DNA of 64,000 nt, from positions 32,001 through 96,000 of the forward strand of contig CAWCNJ010000007.1 of the NCBI GenBank assembly GCA_963796955.1, read 5' to 3'. Under the pieces are notes generated by a model. The model worked only from the letters and a program-made list of their open reading frames with translations. It ran no database searches and was not told the DNA's origin. The stretch is from Endomicrobiales bacterium (GTDB lineage: Bacteria > Elusimicrobiota > Endomicrobiia > Endomicrobiales > JALOBY01). Positions 46,051 to 56,231 of the stretch are shown piece after piece (within the stretch, counting starts at the first letter, position 1; every line of letters begins with the position of its first letter). The position numbers and the translations under genes were made by a program.

Positions 46051-46428
46051 ATGAAAAGCATAATTTTGTTGACGTTGGTCAGTATCACAGCTCTAACATC
46101 AAAGGCGCACGCCGCCGGCGCGCAGGGTGGGGACGCTTTCAGCAGCTTTATCCCGCTGATCGTTATTTTCGGTATTTTCTATTTCCTGGTCATACGCCCT
46201 CAGCAGAAGCGCGCCAAAGAGCATGACGAGCAGCTTAAGGCCCTTAAGAAGGACGATAAAATTATATCGACCGGCGGCATTTACGGCACCATTACCGCGG
46301 TTCGTGAGAACATCCTTGAAGTAAAAATCGCCGATAACGTTAAGGTTCAGATGGCGCGCAGCGCGGTGAGCGACATTGTTAAAGACGAAGTAAAGACGGA
46401 AGTGGTAACGCCGACGATCGTAAAATAA
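46051..46428 (+). CDS. yajC: Preprotein translocase subunit YajC
   Basis: FYFLVIRPQQKR, STGGIYGTI; AAGGAG RBS. Confidence 0.94.
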   Translation: MKSIILLTLVSITALTSKAHAAGAQGGDAFSSFIPLIVIFGIFYFLVIRPQQKRAKEHDEQLKALKKDDKIISTGGIYGTITAVRENILEVKIADNVKVQMARSAVSDIVKDEVKTEVVTPTIVK

Positions 46429-46461
46429 TAGAGTAAACTAACTACACGGAAAGGAACGCGT

Positions 46462-47878
46462 ATGAACAAGTTGACGATGAAGATCATCCTTATTGTTTCT
46501 CTGGTCGGGCTGTCGTTGTTCTTTCTGTATCCCACGTGGGATTGGTACCATACGCCGCAGGCCGAGCGTGAAACGAAAGAGAAGATGAAGGATCCCAGCA
46601 TTGCCAAGGTACTTAACCTGGGTCTTGACCTCAGGGGCGGAACGCATCTGCTTATGGAACTGGACCCTTCCAAGCTTGAGGCCGGCACGGACATCAATGA
46701 TGCCCTTGACCGCGCCATTGAGATCATCCGCAACCGTGTTGACCAGTTCGGCGTCTCCGAGCCTTTGATCACCCGTCAGGGCGACCGCTGGATCGTGGTG
46801 CAGCTGCCCGGTATCAAGGATTCTGCGCGCGCCAAGGACCTGATCGGAAAGACAGCGCTGCTGGAATTCCGTATGGTAGATACCAACCCGGTGCTCAACG
46901 ATATAATAACCAAGCTGCGCGATAAGAATGCCACCCCCGCTGATATAGCCAAATTCCCCGAGATCGCAAAGATGCTTCCTGCCGGCTACGAAATTATGCC
47001 CGGTAAGGAAGACCGGTATTACCTGGTAAAATCCTCGCCCGAAATGACAGGTGCCTACCTTACGAACGCCAAAGTGCAGATGGGCGGTGAGTACGGATAT
47101 CCGTATGTCAGTATTGAATTCAACCGCGAAGGCGGCCGAATATTTGCGAATGTCACAGAAGCGAATATAGAAAAAAATATGGCGATAGTGCTGGACGGCA
47201 TGGTACAAAGCCGCCCCGGTTATCCGCAGCCGTATTCCGGACGGGAAAGCGATCATCGAAGGTAACTTCACGATGGACGATGCCAAGCTGCTGGCGACCA
47301 TTCTGCGGGCCGGCGCCCTGCCCGCCCCGGTGCGCATTATCGAAGAACGTACCGTCGGACCTTCACTCGGCGAAGACTCTATCAAGGCCGGGCTCATGTC
47401 GTGCGCCGTGGGCGCGCTGCTGGTCGTTATCTTCATGGCGGTCTATTACGGGACGTCCGGAATGATAGCGAACTTCGCGCTGATGCTTAACCTGCTGTTC
47501 ATGATGGGCATCATGGCATACTTCCATTTTACCCTTACCCTGCCCGGTATCGCCGGTATCGCCTTAACGCTCGGTATCGCCGTGGATGCGAACGTACTGA
47601 TACTTGAACGCGTCCGCGAAGAGCTGACCGCCGGAAAGACCCACCGGGTCGCGCTGGATGCCGGTTATAACAAAGCCTGGGTAACGATCCTTGACTCGCA
47701 CATGACGGAACTTATAGCGGCGCTCTTCCTGTTCCAGTTCGGCACGGGGCCCATAAAAGGCTTCGCGGTCTCGCTGACCATCGGTGTGCTGCTGTCCCTC
47801 TTCTCTGCGATCGTGGTCAGTAAGGTTATTTACGATATCCTGTTCCAGGAAGGGATCATCGACGAGATACATATTTAA
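46462..47878 (+). CDS. secD: SecD, frameshift near 47211
   Basis: LGLDLRGG, RNRVDQFGVSEP, AIVLDG, LRAGALPAP, TVGPSLG, AVDANVLILER. Removing one C gives VQSAPVIRSRI. Confidence 0.94.
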
Positions 47879-47903
47879 TTTCAATTAGACAACGGAGGTC
47901 ACG

Positions 47904-48842
47904 GTGCACATTATCGGCAAAACAAACATTGACTTTATCGGCCATCGCTTTGTACCTTACGCGATAACAACCCTGCTTATACTCGCTGGTGTCTTTTCGC
48001 TCATAGTGCGCGGCGGCCCGAATTACGGTATCGATTTCACCGGCGGCGTTCTGGCGCAGGTCTCATCCAATAAATCCGTTCCCATCAATGATGTACGCGC
48101 GGCCCTTGAGACCACCTATCCGGGGCTGGAGCTGCAGAGCGCGGGCGCGACAGCGATCATCATACGTGCGAAAGGCGCACAGCAGCATTCCGATACCTTC
48201 GGCACGAACGTCGGTGAATTGCTGAACCAGAAGATACAGGGAACGGTCTTTACCGTTGACCGTACCGAGTATGTCGGCGCGACGGTAGGGAAACACCTGG
48301 TCAAACAGGCCTTCCTCGCCATCATCTTCTCCTTTGTCGGCATTATTATCTACATAGCGTTCCGCTTCCGTTCTGTTATCTGGGGCAGCGCCGGCGTATT
48401 CGCCCTGATGCACGACGTGTTCATTGTTTTCGGTATGTTCTGCCTGATGAATAAAGAGATCAATCTTAACATCATCGCGGCATTGCTTACGCTGGCAGGT
48501 TACTCCATAAATGACACGATCGTTGTTTTCGACCGTATTCGTGAGAATATCCGCCTTATGCCGAAGGCCGATCTCGGCACCGTGATCAATGAGTCGGTCA
48601 ACCAGACGTTATCACGCACCATCATAACCTCTGTGACCGTTTTCCTCGTCTGTCTCGGCCTGTACTTTTTCGGCGGAGAAGTGCTGCACGGTTTTTCGCT
48701 TGCCATGCTTATGGGTGTTATCATAGGTACGTATTCTTCGATCTTTGTTGCAAGCCCGATCATATATGAGTGGGACCAGTACAAATTGCGCAAATTGAAA
48801 GAACGCGCCGCCCGCCGCGCCGTCAGTATCAAAAAGAAATAA
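47904..48842 (+). CDS. secF: SecF
   Basis: GIDFTGG, HDV, GYSINDTIVVFDRIRE, TLSRTIITS, GTYSSIFVA. Confidence 0.96.
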   Translation: MHIIGKTNIDFIGHRFVPYAITTLLILAGVFSLIVRGGPNYGIDFTGGVLAQVSSNKSVPINDVRAALETTYPGLELQSAGATAIIIRAKGAQQHSDTFGTNVGELLNQKIQGTVFTVDRTEYVGATVGKHLVKQAFLAIIFSFVGIIIYIAFRFRSVIWGSAGVFALMHDVFIVFGMFCLMNKEINLNIIAALLTLAGYSINDTIVVFDRIRENIRLMPKADLGTVINESVNQTLSRTIITSVTVFLVCLGLYFFGGEVLHGFSLAMLMGVIIGTYSSIFVASPIIYEWDQYKLRKLKERAARRAVSIKKK

Positions 48843-48862
48843 CCGTTCTGGAGCGCGTATTC

Positions 48863-49441
48863 TTGAATAAGATAAAGAATTACAAGATCAACCTGCGCCA
48901 GGCCTGTATTCTGCGTATCCTGAAGAATACAACACAAGTCTCACAGATCACTCCGCAGTTGGAGGAGGCCGTTACAAACGAGATCGCACGGGTGCAGGCG
49001 GTTTCTACCCCGGCGGCCGGTTTTGTAACGCTGATGCGCGACAAAGTACCTGTAGAACTGGCTGGTAACGCGTTGGCTAACTGGGTAGCCGCCACCCTGT
49101 ATCTGGTTACCATTGGCCCGAAGATAGAATCTGAAATAGCCGAAGCCCGCTCGCGCGGCGAGTCCATACTCGGCAACATATTGCATGCCAGCGCCATGGA
49201 AGCGCTGGAGCAGTCCGTGAATTTCGTTTACCGCCTGGTAACGGATGAGGCGAAAGACGAAGAATGCGAGTTGTCTTCACGGGACGCTCTGACGCTGGAT
49301 GAAACAGCATCAGCGCGTTTCGCGGAACTTATCGACCCGGAAAAGATCGGTGTAAGCTCTATAATCGGTGATAACCGAACTCCCGCGTATACCGCCTGCG
49401 GCATTATCTACTGGACCCCGGTTAAGAAACGTAAAAAATAG
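48863..49441 (+). CDS. Hypothetical protein resembling a stand-alone methionine synthase activation domain
   Basis: LVTIGPKIE...GESILGNILHA..MEALEQ pattern; TTG start after GGAG is inferred. Confidence 0.55.
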   Translation: MNKIKNYKINLRQACILRILKNTTQVSQITPQLEEAVTNEIARVQAVSTPAAGFVTLMRDKVPVELAGNALANWVAATLYLVTIGPKIESEIAEARSRGESILGNILHASAMEALEQSVNFVYRLVTDEAKDEECELSSRDALTLDETASARFAELIDPEKIGVSSIIGDNRTPAYTACGIIYWTPVKKRKK

Positions 49442-49443
49442 TA

Positions 49444-50697
49444 ATGATATATCTTTACAACCTTATCCTCGCCGTTTTCTTTATTCCGGCGTTGCTGGCG
49501 CTGGCATTCCGCTACCGCGCCAACCTTCGAAAACAATATCTTACCTTCCTTCCTCAACGCTTCGGTGCCTGGGACACAAAAGCTTTGGCACGTGACAGCG
49601 GCAAACCGCTGTTGTGGGTCCACTGCGCCTCTCTCGGCGAAGTACGGGCGGTGGAACCGCTTATACTGAAATTACAGGATTACCGCATCCTGCTTACCGT
49701 GCTCACCTTTTCCGGCAGGGCTTACGCTTTTGAACGCAAACTGACCGAGCACCTTTACTTCGCGCCGTTGGATTTTTCATTTATCGTCCGCCGCCTTATG
49801 AAAACGTTAAAACCAAAAGGACTGGTGCTTATAGAAACAGAGCTTTGGCCGGGCATGCTGGACGGTGCACGTTCAGAGCATGTGCCGGTCATGATCGTCA
49901 ACGCCCGTTTATCGAACCGGTCATTTCCTATATATCACGCCATGCGCGGTTTTTGGCACGCCTTCCTGAAGGATGTTTCGGCTGTCTGGGCCCGTTCAGA
50001 GGACGACGGCGTACGGTTCGCCCGGCTTGGTGTTGATCCTTCCAGGGTGCAGGTTACCGGGAACATTAAATACGACCGCGTCTTTTCATCCGGCGGTTTC
50101 AGCCGTGATAAGGCCGGGTATTCGCCCGAGGATATCGTAATAGTTGCCGGCTCCACACGGGGTGGCGAGAACGAATTAATAGCCGAAGCCTGGCAGAGTT
50201 TACGCGCGCATCAGGGAAAGCTGAAACTGATATTAGCGCCCCGTCACATTGAACGCGTCCGTTCCATAGAACGGCATCTGACGTCGCACGGTGTTGCCTA
50301 CGGCAAATATTCATTGCAGCAAACGGCGGATTGCCTGCTGCTGGATACCTTTGGAGACCTGCAGAAATTCTATTCGATCGCCGATATTTCTTTTGTCGGC
50401 GGCTCTCTGGTGGCGAAAGGGGGACAAAACCCCATTGAACCCGCGGCCTTCGGTTCGGCTATCGTGTTCGGGCCGCACATGGATAATTTCGAGACTGAGG
50501 CGGATCTACTGGTTAGTTCCGGCGCGGCACGCCAACTGGAAAACGGTAGAGGGCTTGCGCAGACGTTGAAAGAACTTACGGAAGACGCCGCCTTAAGAAA
50601 ACAGATCGGTGACAACGCCAAAAAGGTGGTTGAAGGCCAGAAGGGCGCGATAGCACGCACAAAAGAGTTGATCGACAATGTTATCAACACTCGCTAG
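49444..50697 (+). CDS. waaA: Kdo transferase
   Basis: WVHCASLGE, ETELWP, TGNIKYD, AGSTR, APRH, FVGGSL..GGQNPIEPA. Confidence 0.95.
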   Translation: MIYLYNLILAVFFIPALLALAFRYRANLRKQYLTFLPQRFGAWDTKALARDSGKPLLWVHCASLGEVRAVEPLILKLQDYRILLTVLTFSGRAYAFERKLTEHLYFAPLDFSFIVRRLMKTLKPKGLVLIETELWPGMLDGARSEHVPVMIVNARLSNRSFPIYHAMRGFWHAFLKDVSAVWARSEDDGVRFARLGVDPSRVQVTGNIKYDRVFSSGGFSRDKAGYSPEDIVIVAGSTRGGENELIAEAWQSLRAHQGKLKLILAPRHIERVRSIERHLTSHGVAYGKYSLQQTADCLLLDTFGDLQKFYSIADISFVGGSLVAKGGQNPIEPAAFGSAIVFGPHMDNFETEADLLVSSGAARQLENGRGLAQTLKELTEDAALRKQIGDNAKKVVEGQKGAIARTKELIDNVINTR

Positions 50698-52369
50698 CTG
50701 GTTCATCAGGCTGCTCGGCTCGACACTGCGCATTAGCCGTATCAACACGCGGTCCTGGCGGGACTTCGTGCGTGGCGGAAAACCGGTCGTGTACGGGTTC
50801 TGGCACGGCGAACAGTTCATACTCTGCTACGACAGACGGCATGAAAATGTTTCTATCATGAGCAGTCTTTCAAAAGACGGTGAGCTCCAGACGGGGATAT
50901 TAATGCGGCTCGGTTACTCAGTGGTCAGGGGCTCGTCCTCGAAAGGAGCGGAACGCGCGCTCGTCGAGATGATCCGCAGTGTCAGGGGCGGCCGCTCCGC
51001 AGCCTTCGCGATCGACGGCCCGCGCGGCCCGTATCATAAAGTGAAAAGCGGCGTGCTCTACCTTGCGCAGAAAACCGGCAGTCCTCTGATACCTGTCAGC
51101 TGCGCTGCAAAGAACCATGCTATTCTCTCAAAAGCCTGGGACAAATACGAACTGCCTTACCCGTTTTCCCGTGGTGTAGTCGCCTACGGCGAACCTATGA
51201 TCATCGGTTCGGGCGATATCATAGAAGAAAAGGCAGCAGTCTTCGAGGCGGCCGCGGAAAAATTATCACGATTTACGCATGACCATTATTTTTCCGGCGA
51301 TATCCAGGGATATCTGGAAAACCATCCCCGGCCGAACATATTGATAGTACAGCCAAGCCGGATAGGCGATGTGGTCTTTACCATGCCGTCAGTGGTCGCG
51401 CTGCGGAAAAAATATCCGCATGCCTGGATCGGCTGGGTGGTGGACGAACGCTGCGCCCCGCTGCTTGCAGGGCATCCGGCGCTGAATGAAGTGATCATTT
51501 TTGACCGCAGTAAGATGTCCCTTTCATACATTCTTGAATTCAGGCGCACGCTGCGCGAGAAACACGTAGATCTGAGCATTGATTTTCACGGCCTCTTTAA
51601 ATCCGCTTTCATCGTCGCGTTGGCCGGCGCGCGGTTCCGGCTTGGTTCATCATCAACGTATGGCATGAAGGAACTCGCCTGGCTGTTCTCAAAACAGATC
51701 CCGCCACCCGCGCCTGAGGCCCATTGTATACAGCGGCATTTCGAAGTGGCGAGAAAACTCGGCTGCGACGGTGAGCTCGGTTCGTATCAACTCGCTGTTG
51801 ATAAAGATGCCGGCGAACAAGTACGGCAAATTTGCAAGAATGCAGGGATGGATCCAAACAAGCCCGTTATTGCCGTCCATCCCGGCGGCGGCTGGCTTTC
51901 ACGCAGATGGCCTGCCAAAAACTTCGCTGAACTGATCAAAAGCCTGCGCACTGAACTCGGTGTTCAGGTAGCCATTATAGGCGGCAAGGAAGGCGGCGCC
52001 GGCGAAGCCGGGATCGCCGAAGAGATACTGAAAGGTTGTTCGTCTCCGCCCATTGATCTTACCGGTAAAATGAACCTGCCTCAGCTGGTGGCATTTTTGA
52101 ACGGCGCGGCTGTTTTTGTGGGTAATGAAGCGGGGCCTATGCATATAGCGGTCGCACTGGGGCGGCCGGTCGTAGGGATAATTGGCCCTACGAATCCTTT
52201 CCGTACAGGTCCTTTTGGCGGTCGCACGCGCATCGTTCGCGCCTCAGTTCCCTGTCAGCCGTGCCGTAACCGTAATTGCCGAACAATAGAATGCATGTTG
52301 TTGATAAAAGTTGAAGATGTTTTCAAAGCGGTGGCGGAGTCATTAAGAACTCCCTCGGTCCCTCTTTAA
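50678..52369 (+). CDS. DUF374 acyltransferase-like domain fused to a GT9 heptosyltransferase
   Basis: N-half FWHGE, SKDGE, VVRGSS, DGPRGP, WDKYELPYPF; C-half SRIGDVV, DFHGLFKS, RRWP, GPMHIAVALG. Confidence 0.85.
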   Translation: MLSTLASWFIRLLGSTLRISRINTRSWRDFVRGGKPVVYGFWHGEQFILCYDRRHENVSIMSSLSKDGELQTGILMRLGYSVVRGSSSKGAERALVEMIRSVRGGRSAAFAIDGPRGPYHKVKSGVLYLAQKTGSPLIPVSCAAKNHAILSKAWDKYELPYPFSRGVVAYGEPMIIGSGDIIEEKAAVFEAAAEKLSRFTHDHYFSGDIQGYLENHPRPNILIVQPSRIGDVVFTMPSVVALRKKYPHAWIGWVVDERCAPLLAGHPALNEVIIFDRSKMSLSYILEFRRTLREKHVDLSIDFHGLFKSAFIVALAGARFRLGSSSTYGMKELAWLFSKQIPPPAPEAHCIQRHFEVARKLGCDGELGSYQLAVDKDAGEQVRQICKNAGMDPNKPVIAVHPGGGWLSRRWPAKNFAELIKSLRTELGVQVAIIGGKEGGAGEAGIAEEILKGCSSPPIDLTGKMNLPQLVAFLNGAAVFVGNEAGPMHIAVALGRPVVGIIGPTNPFRTGPFGGRTRIVRASVPCQPCRNRNCRTIECMLLIKVEDVFKAVAESLRTPSVPL

Positions 52370-52449
52370 CAAAAGAGGGAAGATCAATGAGTTCAATGGC
52401 AAGATGTACTTCCCCTCTTGAGTTCAAGAGGGGATAAGAGGGGAGTTGG
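52343..52449. repeat. ~107-bp palindromic repeat, copy 1
   Basis: TTAAGAACTCCCTC...CCCTCTT..AAGAGGG...CCCCTCTTGAGTTCAAGAGGGG...GAGGGGAGTTGG; contains the stop codon of the upstream gene. Confidence 0.9.
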
Positions 52450-52477
52450 TGTAATAACAATCGTAGGAGATCATAAA

Positions 52478-52945
52478 TTGAAGAAGCTTGGTCCTGCACT
52501 TCGTTACACCGTATTGATGGGTCTGGTCATTTGGCTTATTCCACTGGCTTTATTTGGTCTTCCGGTCAGTGTGGATGCTTCGAACTGTCTTTCGTTCGTA
52601 AGGTTCCCAGATTCATTTCCATACTCAATACAGTATTTCAATCTAACCCTTTTCATCTCGGGGTTAGTGGCTGGCATTATTTGGCCTGCGTTTTTCATTG
52701 TTCACCCCATATCCATATTTGTGGGGCAACTCATTTACATTGCCCCTCGATATTTTATACATGCCTGGCCCTCCGGTTCCACATTCATAAGGGGAATGAC
52801 CGTAATTCTTATCTACTTTGCGGCAATGTCTATTTTTTCTGTTATAGGTTCCCTTGTCGGCAGTTCAATCGGATGGTTAGCACGAAAAATCGCCAGCAAA
52901 TATTCAAATAAAGAAGGTACTGTTGTTAAGTCAATTAATGAATGA
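52478..52945 (+). CDS. Hypothetical membrane protein (AT-rich)
   Basis: AGGAGA RBS and TTG start; about four hydrophobic helices. Confidence 0.65.
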   Translation: MKKLGPALRYTVLMGLVIWLIPLALFGLPVSVDASNCLSFVRFPDSFPYSIQYFNLTLFISGLVAGIIWPAFFIVHPISIFVGQLIYIAPRYFIHAWPSGSTFIRGMTVILIYFAAMSIFSVIGSLVGSSIGWLARKIASKYSNKEGTVVKSINE

Positions 52946-52955
52946 CTGGTATGAT

Positions 52956-53062
52956 TTAAGAACTCCCTCAATCCCTCTTTAACCACAAGAGGGAAGTTTA
53001 AGGAACTCAAGGCAAGGTGTCCTTCCCCTCTTGCGTTCAAGAGGGGATACGAGGGGAGTTGG
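52956..53062. repeat. ~107-bp palindromic repeat, copy 2
   Basis: Direct repeat of 52343-52449 with scattered substitutions. Confidence 0.9.
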
Positions 53063-53085
53063 CGCAGAAGTTAGAGGGTTATTTA

Positions 53086-53463
53086 GTGGATTTGTTTAAT
53101 AAAAAAGAAACCAGACCAAAACGAAAAGCTTTACGGAAAAATGCAACTAATGCCGAGATGCGGTTATGGGCAAAGTTGAGAAACAAACAGTTGCTCGGCT
53201 ATAAATTTTATAGGCAGTATGGCATAGGCTCATACATAGCTGATTTTTATTGTCCTCAGAAAAGATTGGTCATAGAATTAGACGGTGGCCAACACTATTC
53301 CGACGAGGGAAAATCTTACGATAAGCTGCGTGAGGAATATATGTTGTCATCGGGGATAGATACAATAAGGTTTTCAAATGCTGATGTGCTGAAGAATACA
53401 GAAGAGGTCATGAAGATTCTTTATGAAAGACTTGTTTTAAGAACTCCCTCTATCCCTCTTTAA
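53086..53463 (+). CDS. DUF559 / Vsr-like endonuclease
   Basis: LRKNATNAEMRLW, KFYRQY, YIADFYC, LVIELDGGQH, IRFSN. Confidence 0.88.
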   Translation: MDLFNKKETRPKRKALRKNATNAEMRLWAKLRNKQLLGYKFYRQYGIGSYIADFYCPQKRLVIELDGGQHYSDEGKSYDKLREEYMLSSGIDTIRFSNADVLKNTEEVMKILYERLVLRTPSIPL

Positions 53464-53544
53464 CTACAAGAGGGAAGATTTAGGAATTCAATGGCAAGAT
53501 GTACTTCCCCTCTTGAGTTCAAGAGGGGATAAGAGGGGAGTTGG
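53437..53544. repeat. ~107-bp palindromic repeat, copy 3
   Basis: Direct repeat; encodes the last residues (LRTPSIPL) and stop of the DUF559 gene. Confidence 0.9.
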
Positions 53545-53583
53545 TGTGGGGCTTATGGGAGTTAAGGCGTTGGACTTTCTATT

Positions 53584-54564
53584 ATGAAAATACTAATCAT
53601 TAAACCGAGCTCGTTCGGCGATATCATTCAGGCAAACCCCGTGGCGCTTGCGCTGCGGCGCAGTTACCCGCATGCGCATATCACCTGGCTTGTGTTCGAT
53701 GTCTGGGCCGACGTGCTTTCCTGCTTTCCCGAAATCGACGAGGTTATGGTCTGGAAAAAGTCAGGCGGCCTCGGCGATTATTTTGATATAATTTCAAGGA
53801 TCAGGGCTGAAAAATTCGATATCGTTATCGATCTGCAGGGGCTGGCGCGCACCGGGGTGCTTTCCAGGCTGAGCGGCGCGAAAGTGCGCATAGGCGTTCC
53901 GGGACTTAAAGAATGTTCGTGGCTATTGGAAAAAGAAGTCTTTCCTGAAAGCGCCGGTATCAATGCAGCGATGCGCAACCTGGAGACGGTACGATTTCTC
54001 AGCGGAAAACCGCAGGAAGTAGTGTTCTCTCTTTCGATAAAAGATGTTGTTATTCAAGAAGCGGATAGGATCATCAAGGCCGCCGGGACACTGGAGAACG
54101 ATCCGCTTATCGCTCTGGTGCCTTCTTCCCGGGGTAAGGGTAAGGAGTGGCCGGTCGGGCATTTCCGGGAACTGCTCACTCATATATTCGTTTCCAGACC
54201 GAACGCTAAGGTGCTGATGCTCGGGGGTAAAGGCGATTTCTATATTTTTTCGGGGAAAGGTTCTATTGCGCTCTGCGGCAAAACCTCCCTGCTGCAGTTG
54301 TTCGGGCTGCTAAAAAGATGCAAAGTTGTTGTGGGGCCCGATACGGGGCCTATACATTTGGCCGCGGCCCTGGGCGTGCCGGTGGTCGTGCTGTTCGGCG
54401 GTTCTGATGTAAACGAAACGGCGCCCGCGGTTGAAAAAATTTCCATCCTTAAAAAAGATTATCCCTGCTCGCCGTGCAGGGGCCATACCACGTGTGTCGG
54501 TTATCCCTGTCTCAGGGATATCGCCCCGCAAGAAGTTATGGAGGCGTTAAGCAAATGGCTGTGA
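53584..54564 (+). CDS. GT9 LPS heptosyltransferase
   Basis: KILIIKPSSFGDII, IDLQGL, KEWP, DTGPIHLAAALG. Confidence 0.9.
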   Translation: MKILIIKPSSFGDIIQANPVALALRRSYPHAHITWLVFDVWADVLSCFPEIDEVMVWKKSGGLGDYFDIISRIRAEKFDIVIDLQGLARTGVLSRLSGAKVRIGVPGLKECSWLLEKEVFPESAGINAAMRNLETVRFLSGKPQEVVFSLSIKDVVIQEADRIIKAAGTLENDPLIALVPSSRGKGKEWPVGHFRELLTHIFVSRPNAKVLMLGGKGDFYIFSGKGSIALCGKTSLLQLFGLLKRCKVVVGPDTGPIHLAAALGVPVVVLFGGSDVNETAPAVEKISILKKDYPCSPCRGHTTCVGYPCLRDIAPQEVMEALSKWL

Positions 54565-55523
54565 TAGCTGCTGCCGGTCCCGTACTATTCTTTCATATGA
54601 ACCAGCTGGGAGACCTGCTTTTTTCTATCCCTGCTATAGAGGCCTTGCGCCGGCGTTACCCGGCTAACCGCTTTATCAGTATCGTGCCGGAGCCTCTAGC
54701 GGCCGTGCTTGCCGGCACCGGTCTTGTTGATGAGGTCATCGCTAAACCGGCCTCGTTATCAGGCAGGTTCGCTTTGATCAACAAACTGCGTTCTGTAGAT
54801 TGTTCGGCGGCCGTGCTGTTCTCGGAATCGCCGGAAAGCCTGCTTGTGGCCAGGGCTGCAAATATTCCCTGCCGGGCGGGTTTTGCAACGGCATCGCTTA
54901 ATATGCTGCTTACCGATAAGGTGTCCCGCTGCGGGGTACCGTCGCTGGCGAACAATGCGAATCTGGCGCTGCACCTGGAAGCGCAGGATGTGCGGTCCGA
55001 TTATACCGGCCTGCTTATGCCCGATGCCGACAGTTTGATGATCGCCGGGCAGTGGATGAAGGCTAACGCGATAGAAGCGCAAAACCTCGTCATTCTTTCT
55101 CCGGGCGCCAGCGCGCGGCGCGCGGCTAAATGCTGGCAGGAAGACAAGTGGATTATCCTGGCGAAGATGCTGCAGCAAAAAGGTTTGACGCCTGTGTTCA
55201 CCGGTGCGCCGGCTGAACGGGCCGCTTTGGAAGGATTTGTGCGCTTCATTAAAGGCGCCTACGTGTACAACGCCGATACCAGCCTGGGCTCGCTGGCGGG
55301 ACTTTTGGCCCAGAGCAAATTTTTCATCGGCATAGATTCCGGGGCTATGCACCTGGCTGCTTCCCTCGGTGTGCCGGTCGTCGCGCTGTTCGGCAATACC
55401 GATCCGGCACAGGTCGGGCCGCGCCCGCTGGAAAGCCACACGATCATTACTTGCGATCAGGTAAAAGATATTACGGTCGAGGAAGTCTGGGATACTATAC
55501 AAGGGACGGTTTTGCTGCCATGA
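54555..55523 (+). CDS. GT9 glycosyltransferase
   Basis: QLGDLL, SPGAS..AKCW, IDSGAMHLAASLGVPVVALFG; GGAGG RBS. Confidence 0.88.
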   Translation: MAVIAAAGPVLFFHMNQLGDLLFSIPAIEALRRRYPANRFISIVPEPLAAVLAGTGLVDEVIAKPASLSGRFALINKLRSVDCSAAVLFSESPESLLVARAANIPCRAGFATASLNMLLTDKVSRCGVPSLANNANLALHLEAQDVRSDYTGLLMPDADSLMIAGQWMKANAIEAQNLVILSPGASARRAAKCWQEDKWIILAKMLQQKGLTPVFTGAPAERAALEGFVRFIKGAYVYNADTSLGSLAGLLAQSKFFIGIDSGAMHLAASLGVPVVALFGNTDPAQVGPRPLESHTIITCDQVKDITVEEVWDTIQGTVLLP

Positions 55524-56227
55524 TCAAATTCATCCGCTTCCGCTCAATTTTCAGGTTTTTTGAATTGATAACACCATTGCTGAAATATTCGTTTCCCGCG
55601 GAAGACCAATTGCCGGGAAATAAACTTCTGGTCATAGCGCCGCACCCTGATGATGAAGCGATCGGTTGCGGAGGCGCGATAGCCATGAACGCGCAGGCCG
55701 GCGGCACTACGATCGTCGTTTTTTGTACTATGGACGAGGCCAGGGACGAAGAGTCTCAGCAGTCTTTAAAGGCGCTCGGCGTGACCGGCTCGCATTCCCT
55801 GCGGCATAGTGTGGACTCTTTAGGCGAGCAGCCGGCTCTGGAAAAAGAATTAGCATTGATACTGGCTCAGGTAAAACCGGATATCGTGCTTGCGCCGTTC
55901 TGGCTGGATAACCACGCCGACCACCGTTTTGCCGCCCGCGCATTCGCGAAAGCCGCTGTGACGGCAAAAATTAATTTTGCTATCTACGCGTATTCCGTGT
56001 GGCTGCCCCTGTGGCCTAATGTTTTGCTCGACGTCGGCAATGTATGGCACAAGAAAAAGTCCGCCATCGAGGCGTACCGGTCGCAGCTTGCCGACCGCGA
56101 TTTTGTTTCCATGGCGGAAGGCCTTGCCTCCTACTGGGCGCAGGTAAAAGGCAGGGGAATACGCAGAGCAGAGACATATTTCAGATCGAGCATTTCCGAA
56201 TACGCCGATTGGTGCGAAAAGGCCTGA
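55520..56227 (+). CDS. PIG-L/LmbE family deacetylase
   Basis: IAPHPDDEAIGCGG, HADH, YRSQ. Confidence 0.88.
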   Translation: MIKFIRFRSIFRFFELITPLLKYSFPAEDQLPGNKLLVIAPHPDDEAIGCGGAIAMNAQAGGTTIVVFCTMDEARDEESQQSLKALGVTGSHSLRHSVDSLGEQPALEKELALILAQVKPDIVLAPFWLDNHADHRFAARAFAKAAVTAKINFAIYAYSVWLPLWPNVLLDVGNVWHKKKSAIEAYRSQLADRDFVSMAEGLASYWAQVKGRGIRRAETYFRSSISEYADWCEKA

Positions 56228-56231
56228 TAAC

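Noticed and set aside
52343..53544. CRISPR array or integron
   Set aside because: Repeats are 107 bp with gene-sized spacers; there are no cas genes or integrase, and I could not identify attC core sites.
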